Shown here piece by piece: positions 15,781 to 20,000 of a stretch of 20,000 bases of DNA. The stretch lies in the IMG/VR virus record IMGVR_UViG_3300046506_000102; one strand, written 5' to 3'. The notes below the pieces were generated by a model that did no database searches, was not told where the DNA came from, and saw nothing but the letters and a program-made list of their open reading frames with translations. Position 1 is the first letter of the stretch, and each line of letters opens with the position of its first letter. Both the position numbers and the translations under genes were made by a program. This DNA comes from an uncultured virus (IMG/VR IMGVR_UViG_3300046506_000102). Lineage: Duplodnaviria > Heunggongvirae > Uroviricota > Caudoviricetes.

Positions 15781-15826
15781 ACCCCTCCCCGGCCCGGCTA
15801 ATCACCCGTCAACAACGGAAACCCAA

Positions 15827-16003
15827 ATGCCCCGCTACATTGTGACCGCGAAAGATAAGTTCCCCGCCGCTGGCGAAACCCCTAGCACCTATGAAATCGA
15901 CGCCAAGACCAAGGCGGACGCGATCAAGGAAGCGAAGAAACGGGCGGGATGGCGAAGCCGCCACGATAGCCCGGTGATCTACACCGCCGTAAAAGACGAA
16001 TGA
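15827..16003 (+). CDS. Hypothetical phage protein (58 aa, MPRYIVTAK...)
   Basis: caacaacGGA leader; followed by a conserved hairpin. Confidence 0.72.
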   Translation: MPRYIVTAKDKFPAAGETPSTYEIDAKTKADAIKEAKKRAGWRSRHDSPVIYTAVKDE

Positions 16004-16009
16004 CCACGT

Positions 16010-16030
16010 GGCCCGGCTAACAACCGGGCC
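16010..16030 (+). repeat. Conserved hairpin GGCCCGG-CTAACAA-CCGGGCC
   Basis: 7-bp perfect stem just after the stop at 16003; no long U-tract. Confidence 0.85.
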
Positions 16031-16062
16031 GAATTATTTTGATCATCACGATAAACAACCGC

Positions 16063-16118
16063 TTGACCATCGCAATTTTCATCACTACAAATAACGCATC
16101 AACAACGGAGCGGCGATC
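16063..16118 (+). promoter_or_regulatory. Repeated promoter plus leader, copy 6
   Basis: TTGACC-atcgcaattttcatcac-TACAAA-taacgcatcaacaacGGAG. Confidence 0.85.
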
Positions 16119-16412
16119 ATGACGATGCAAATTGCGAACACCATCCTTCAACAGCTTGGCGGTAATAAGTTCCTCGCGATGACCGGTGCAAAGAACCTTG
16201 TCGGCGGTGACGATACGCTGCGGTTCAAAATCCCGGCTTCGAACGGTATCAATCACGTTTCGATTACGCTCGATTGCAACGATACGTACCGCGTCACCTT
16301 CGGCAACTTCCGCAAGCTAGAACTGCGCATCGTCCATGCGGTCGGCAACGTGTACGCCGATCAGTTGCGCGAGTTGTTCACCAACCAAACCGGGCTGGAA
16401 ACCAGCCTTTAA
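16119..16412 (+). CDS. Conserved phage protein of unknown function (ILQQLGGNKFLAMTGAK type, 97 aa)
   Basis: GGAG RBS; motif pattern ILxQLGG..F..MTGAK...DTY...VYxDQL..F...TGL recognised as common in phages. Confidence 0.85.
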   Translation: MTMQIANTILQQLGGNKFLAMTGAKNLVGGDDTLRFKIPASNGINHVSITLDCNDTYRVTFGNFRKLELRIVHAVGNVYADQLRELFTNQTGLETSL

Positions 16413-16419
16413 GAACCCC

Positions 16420-16440
16420 GGCCCGGCTAACCACCGGGCC
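16420..16440 (+). repeat. Conserved hairpin GGCCCGG-CTAACCA-CCGGGCC
   Basis: Identical to 18142-18162; intergenic; no U-tract. Confidence 0.85.
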
Positions 16441-16464
16441 ACAACTCCACTAGGAACCGCAGCG

Positions 16465-16947
16465 ATGACTAGGATGAATATCACCAACGTCAAGGTTGAC
16501 GCCAACGGACGCACGTCCGTTCATTGGGATATCGGGGAATTCTATTTCCACTATTGGCAACAGGACCGCGATCAGAACCCCGGAACTTTCACCATCTATA
16601 AGAACCGCGATAACGAGGGCATCAGCTATCACGATAGCCGATATTTCCACACCAAGCACTTGAAGGCCGCAGCCGCGATCAATCGTCAGATGATCCAACA
16701 GGTTGATGCGATCGTGAAGGCCGGTGACTTGTTCGCAAAGGCATCAGCCGAATACGCCGCCAAGGAAGCAGCTAAGGAAGCGGAAGACGCCGAACGCGGC
16801 CGGGTGTTCGATCTAGCGCGCGGAACGATCAGGCGCATGCAGGAAACCGTTGCAAGCGGTGCCGAAGCATATCAATGCGTGACCATTGGCGAGGTTAAAG
16901 CACTGCTGATGTTTATGGAGGGGCACGGCGTTCAGATCAGCAACTAA
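16465..16947 (+). CDS. Hypothetical phage protein (160 aa, MTRMNIT...)
   Basis: AGGA RBS before ATG 16465; helical Ala/Glu/Lys-rich C-terminal half. Confidence 0.78.
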   Translation: MTRMNITNVKVDANGRTSVHWDIGEFYFHYWQQDRDQNPGTFTIYKNRDNEGISYHDSRYFHTKHLKAAAAINRQMIQQVDAIVKAGDLFAKASAEYAAKEAAKEAEDAERGRVFDLARGTIRRMQETVASGAEAYQCVTIGEVKALLMFMEGHGVQISN

Positions 16948-16951
16948 CCCC

Positions 16952-16982
16952 AAAACCCGGCAATTAGCCGGGTTTTTCTTTT
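16952..16982. terminator. Bidirectional intrinsic terminator
   Basis: AAAACCCGGC-AATTA-GCCGGGTTTT plus TCTTTT; A- and T-tracts on both sides. Confidence 0.8.
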
Positions 16983-17056
16983 GCACCGCACACGCGGGGG
17001 CGAGACCTTTCCCAACATCCGCAACAATATAGAAAAGCGCAAATCGGTCAACCCAC

Positions 17057-17104
17057 CATCGCAATTTTCATCGCAATTTATTTCGCAATCTTCATCGCAA
17101 TTCG
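17057..17104 (+). repeat. Four tandem 12-bp repeats (operator array candidate)
   Basis: CATCGCAATTTT/CATCGCAATTTA/TTTCGCAATCTT/CATCGCAATTCG immediately upstream of TTGACC 17106. Confidence 0.85.
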
Positions 17105-17105
17105 C

Positions 17106-17160
17106 TTGACCGGATGGAAAGCAGCCGCTACAAATAACGCATTAACAACGGGGAACGGCA
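17106..17160 (+). promoter_or_regulatory. Promoter plus conserved leader
   Basis: TTGACC-ggatggaaagcagccgc (17)-TACAAA-taacgcattaacaacGGGG. Confidence 0.8.
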
Positions 17161-18135
17161 ATGCAGAACATCGAAACCATCACCAAGCACCTGAACGAAC
17201 GCCGCGCAGCACAGTTGCCCGCGATCGTTGAACAGCTTGAAGCCGCGATTGCTGCCGGTGTCGTTCCGAATACCCTGATGACCGAAGCCAAATGGATCAT
17301 CAACAGCGTTGCGCATGACGCGACCGAAGCCTTTCTTGCGACCGGCCCGCGCTCCAAACCCGGTATGTCTGATTGGTGGCATGCCGCTTACGGTGCGGAC
17401 GCGTTCGTCAGCGGCGCGACCAACATCCCGACCGCGATCAAGCGCACTGCGAAGGTTGACGCGCTCAAGGCATACAATGAATTCCTGAACGCGCTGCTGC
17501 CGCTCCACACGATGATGCAGGCTGCAAAGCCGCTGATCGCGAAGCGTGGTGACAACCGCTTGCCGCCCAAGCCGAAGACTGTTGAGCAGATCGCGATGGA
17601 AGCCCGTCAGATGACTTGCCAGTGCTGCGGCCGGAAGCACCTCGCCAATACCGGCAAGATGGCCCATCATGGTTATGAGCGGCCCGGCTTCGGCTATCAA
17701 ACCGCCTCTTGTATGGGTGCCCGCAAACTGCCGTTCGAAGTCTCCCGCGATACGTTGGGCCGGTTGCTCGAAATGCTCCGTGATATGCTGGCGAACAAGA
17801 TCGCCAACCGTAACGCGATCGAAGCCGAAATTCGTTCATTCACGATCACCCTGACCGACTACACGCAAAAGCGCGATCCGCGCAGCGGTTCTTTCCCGAC
17901 CGTCGATTACATGATCAACCGCGAGAATTACGAAACCATCCGCACCGAGAACGCAACCAACTTCGGCAAGTCGAGCAAGGGTTCATTTGATGACGTGAAA
18001 GCGTCCGAACTGAAAAGTCGTGATCGTGAAATTAAGAACCTGAAAGACGAAATCGACGCACAACAGAAGCGATACGACGGATGGAAGCAAACCCATAAAT
18101 GGGACGCCGACGCCGATGAATGGCAAACCATCTGA
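17161..18135 (+). CDS. Phage protein with Zn-finger-like CxxC...HHGY...C motif and C-terminal coiled coil (324 aa)
   Basis: TCQCCGRKHLANTGKMAHHGYERPGFGYQTASCMG; strong RBS; own promoter and terminator. Confidence 0.85.
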   Translation: MQNIETITKHLNERRAAQLPAIVEQLEAAIAAGVVPNTLMTEAKWIINSVAHDATEAFLATGPRSKPGMSDWWHAAYGADAFVSGATNIPTAIKRTAKVDALKAYNEFLNALLPLHTMMQAAKPLIAKRGDNRLPPKPKTVEQIAMEARQMTCQCCGRKHLANTGKMAHHGYERPGFGYQTASCMGARKLPFEVSRDTLGRLLEMLRDMLANKIANRNAIEAEIRSFTITLTDYTQKRDPRSGSFPTVDYMINRENYETIRTENATNFGKSSKGSFDDVKASELKSRDREIKNLKDEIDAQQKRYDGWKQTHKWDADADEWQTI

Positions 18136-18141
18136 CCAACC

Positions 18142-18170
18142 GGCCCGGCTAACCACCGGGCCATTTTTTT
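18142..18170 (+). terminator. Terminator of the CTAAC-loop hairpin family
   Basis: GGCCCGG-CTAACCA-CCGGGCC-A-T7. Confidence 0.8.
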
Positions 18171-18183
18171 AATTGACCACCTA

Positions 18184-18212
18184 TTGACCATCTGGAAAGT
18201 TTCTGACATTAT
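18184..18212 (+). promoter_or_regulatory. Promoter carrying the second motif in its spacer
   Basis: TTGACC-atctggaaagtttctga (17)-CATTAT. Confidence 0.7.
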
Positions 18213-18241
18213 CCACAGGGCCGGAACAGGGGTTGATTTTT

Positions 18242-18361
18242 TTGAATATCATCGAAATCATCGCAATCGCCGCAATTCTCATTGCAGGCGCAACACTCGT
18301 TGGCACGGTGCTAATCACCACCGGGGCAAACATCGAACACGCAACTACCGAGCATCGTTAA
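18242..18361 (+). CDS. Membrane micropeptide (39 aa, MNIIEIIAIAAILIAGATLVGTVLITTGANIEHATTEHR)
   Basis: TTG start after AGGGG; stop abuts ATG 18362; one hydrophobic helix. Confidence 0.55.
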   Translation: MNIIEIIAIAAILIAGATLVGTVLITTGANIEHATTEHR

Positions 18362-18586
18362 ATGGCCGCTGTTCGTAAAATCTATGTGCGCTTCTACACA
18401 AGCGCGGACGGCAAGAGATACGCCCATTACTTCAAAGCGAAGAAATGGCACCCCATCCCAAGGGCTGTTGCGCAAGCAATGATTGCCACCGGGCACGCCA
18501 AGATTGACACGCGGCCCGAAAGGGTATCCCCTCCCCCGGTTATAAAGCCGGGGATACTAGAACATGCACACGGTTCAAGAGCCTGA
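18362..18586 (+). CDS. Hypothetical protein (74 aa), paralog of 13340..13495
   Basis: Shared R.I..RF.T...GK..AHY...W.PI....A...IATG.A. Confidence 0.75.
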   Translation: MAAVRKIYVRFYTSADGKRYAHYFKAKKWHPIPRAVAQAMIATGHAKIDTRPERVSPPPVIKPGILEHAHGSRA

Positions 18587-18854
18587 CCGCACATCGAACG
18601 GGCTTCTGATTTTCATTATCGCCATGATCGCCGCCACGATGGGCTTGACCGTGCTTTTCGGCCCGATGTTCGATAAATGGCGCATGGATCAGCCTTCGAT
18701 AACCAACGGTGAACGTTGGGCGCGCATCTGTGCGGTTGAATTCGATCGCGGCACCGAACAAGAGCGCAAAGACTGTGTGTTGAAATATTCCATGGGCGCG
18801 GCATATGAACGCGACAAGCAAGAGCATCAGCAACGATTGCGGGAAGCGAGATAG
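18564..18854 (+). CDS. Single-pass membrane protein (96 aa)
   Basis: GGGGA RBS; hydrophobic LLIFIIAMIAATMGLTVLFG. Confidence 0.7.
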   Translation: MHTVQEPDRTSNGLLIFIIAMIAATMGLTVLFGPMFDKWRMDQPSITNGERWARICAVEFDRGTEQERKDCVLKYSMGAAYERDKQEHQQRLREAR

Positions 18855-18885
18855 CCCGCCCTGCGCGATTGTCGGCACCGACAAC

Positions 18886-18908
18886 AACCCCGCTTCGGCG
18901 GGGTTTTT
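18886..18908 (+). terminator. Intrinsic terminator between convergent gene blocks
   Basis: AACCCCGC-TTCG-GCGGGGTT-TTT. Confidence 0.85.
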
Positions 18909-19005
18909 ACATTCCCCACATCTGCAACACGCCCCGGATGATTCCGATAATCAACGCAGATGAAGTGACGAAGATCAGGAAGCCGCTAACGGAACGCTGC
19001 GTCAC
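18907..19005 (-). CDS. Membrane micropeptide (32 aa, MTQRSVSGFLIFVTSSALIIGIIRGVLQMWGM)
   Basis: GTGA overlap with the upstream gene; ends at the terminator. Confidence 0.45.
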   Translation of the reverse strand: MTQRSVSGFLIFVTSSALIIGIIRGVLQMWGM

Positions 19006-19214
19006 GACGCAGCGTCCAGCGTGCAAACCTCCGCCTCGCGAAACACCAACACGTGCGGGCTATCCGGTTCCGGCGAAAACGTTGCGTTTTCGAAATAGTA
19101 ATAACGCCCGGCATTGATCGCGATTGCTGATCGCGAAATTGCATCGGCGTCGGTGTCAACGGTCACGTTATTCGCGTTGTCGTGACCAATCAAAACCACT
19201 TTGAATTTAGCCAT
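19002..19214 (-). CDS. Hypothetical phage protein (70 aa, MAKFKVV...)
   Basis: GGAAAGGAAAGAG RBS directly after the helicase stop. Confidence 0.7.
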   Translation of the reverse strand: MAKFKVVLIGHDNANNVTVDTDADAISRSAIAINAGRYYYFENATFSPEPDSPHVLVFREAEVCTLDAAS

Positions 19215-19227
19215 TCTCTTTCCTTTC

Positions 19228-20000
19228 CTAGTACCCCTGCCACATCGCAAATTCTTCAACACGCGCGTTGCGATCAATTGCGTATAGGTCGGCGCGAGCA
19301 TCCTTGTTTTCCGCGAAGTACGGACGCGGCGCGCGGCCAACATGGTGATAACCGAGCGTTTCGCAGATGGTGCCCAACGTCTTCGCGGAGACGTTGCGGA
19401 CGGGCGTTCCCTTGATCCGGTTCGCTACTGCCTGCGAGCTAATCCAGCCGCCACGGAAGCCCGGCAGCGCGTCCGCGATGGCGTCTAGGATGGCGATCTC
19501 AACCGGCCCGCGCGACTGCCGCACGGCTTCCGGAGTTGACGTGGTGTCGGGCGCACGCATCGGAATGGCCCCGCGCTCGATTGGGTAGTTCAGCAACCAA
19601 TGCGCAATGTATCGATCGCCGCCGACGTTCAACCACCCGTCATAGAACCAATCGAAATAACGCTTATCCATGCCGCGCTTTTCCAAGTCTTCTTTCGACT
19701 GCAACGCGCTGTAGAAGATCGCAAAGCGACGGCTGTTCTTATCGATCGGGATAGCGTCTTTGTGGTTGCTAAAGAAAATCCAGTTGGCCGGGTTGTCTTC
19801 AATATCCTGATCAACGCCCTTGCCCTGAATTTCGATCGTGTCTTCTGAAATCATCGGCTTTAGAATTTCAATCATGTCGCGGCGTTCGTCGGTTTTGATT
19901 TCGTCAACGATGATGAACAGCTTTGAACGCATCCACGCGTTGAACTTCGAACCGCTTTCGATTAGCTCGCGCGCCTTCGGTTCGTACGTGTACATTTTAC
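19228..20000 (-). CDS. Primase-associated SF3 helicase (NrS-1/DUF5906-like), C-terminal part; gene begins beyond the right edge
   Basis: SKFNAW...LFIIVDE (Walker B)...LKPMISEDTIEIQGKGVD...ANWIFFSNHKDAIPIDKNSRRFAI (motif C and Arg finger); frame open to the window edge. Confidence 0.88.
   Translation of the reverse strand, partial: KMYTYEPKARELIESGSKFNAWMRSKLFIIVDEIKTDERRDMIEILKPMISEDTIEIQGKGVDQDIEDNPANWIFFSNHKDAIPIDKNSRRFAIFYSALQSKEDLEKRGMDKRYFDWFYDGWLNVGGDRYIAHWLLNYPIERGAIPMRAPDTTSTPEAVRQSRGPVEIAILDAIADALPGFRGGWISSQAVANRIKGTPVRNVSAKTLGTICETLGYHHVGRAPRPYFAENKDARADLYAIDRNARVEEFAMWQGY

Noticed and set aside
1127..16091. Repeated ~30-55 bp element as a CRISPR array or integron attC sites
   Set aside because: Spacing is irregular (hundreds to thousands of bp) with genes between copies; the element has -35/-10/RBS structure and no attC-like palindrome; no cas or integrase gene in the window.
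1462..16256. ORFs containing TIAIFIAI / SDENCDGQA / IAMVKR peptides (1462, 1507, 14108, 15324, 16017) as a protein family
   Set aside because: The shared peptides are translations of the repeated promoter DNA, not real paralogous proteins.
18249..18278. CATCGAAATCATCGCAATCGCCGCAATT as another operator array
   Set aside because: Period is 9 and 6 nt rather than 12 and it is explained by Ile/Ala codons of the membrane peptide.
1..20000. tRNA, rRNA, IS element, integrase or reverse transcriptase
   Set aside because: No cloverleaf, rRNA-like sequence, or transposase, recombinase or RT motifs were recognised by eye; tRNAscan-SE and HMM searches would be needed to exclude them formally.

Overview
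This window looks like part of a tailed dsDNA phage genome, probably infecting an alphaproteobacterium (CTTGACC-N17-TATAAA-type promoters and an alpha-r8/MmgR-like sRNA). No integrase or obvious repressor lies in the window. On the minus strand are a terminase large subunit missing from the ORF track because it runs off the left edge (1..~1134), a block of accessory/virion-like genes with two SGNH hydrolases (3206..8672), the terminase small subunit (8675..9298) and the C-terminus of a primase-associated SF3 helicase (19228..20000). On the plus strand are two blocks of small hypothetical early-type genes (1253..3209 and 9459..18854). These are organised as cassettes behind a near-identical promoter whose spacer is a 12-bp direct-repeat operator candidate (CATCGCAATTWT), and many end in a conserved GGCCCGG-CTAACMA-CCGGGCC hairpin. 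Also seen: a second promoter-associated motif (CCAYGTGGAAAGTTT), a duplicated minus-strand promoter, an AT-rich origin-like locus beside a degenerate GIY-YIG/NUMOD1 gene, up to three sRNA candidates, several paralogous microproteins and membrane micropeptides. Family assignments come from motif recognition, not database searches.
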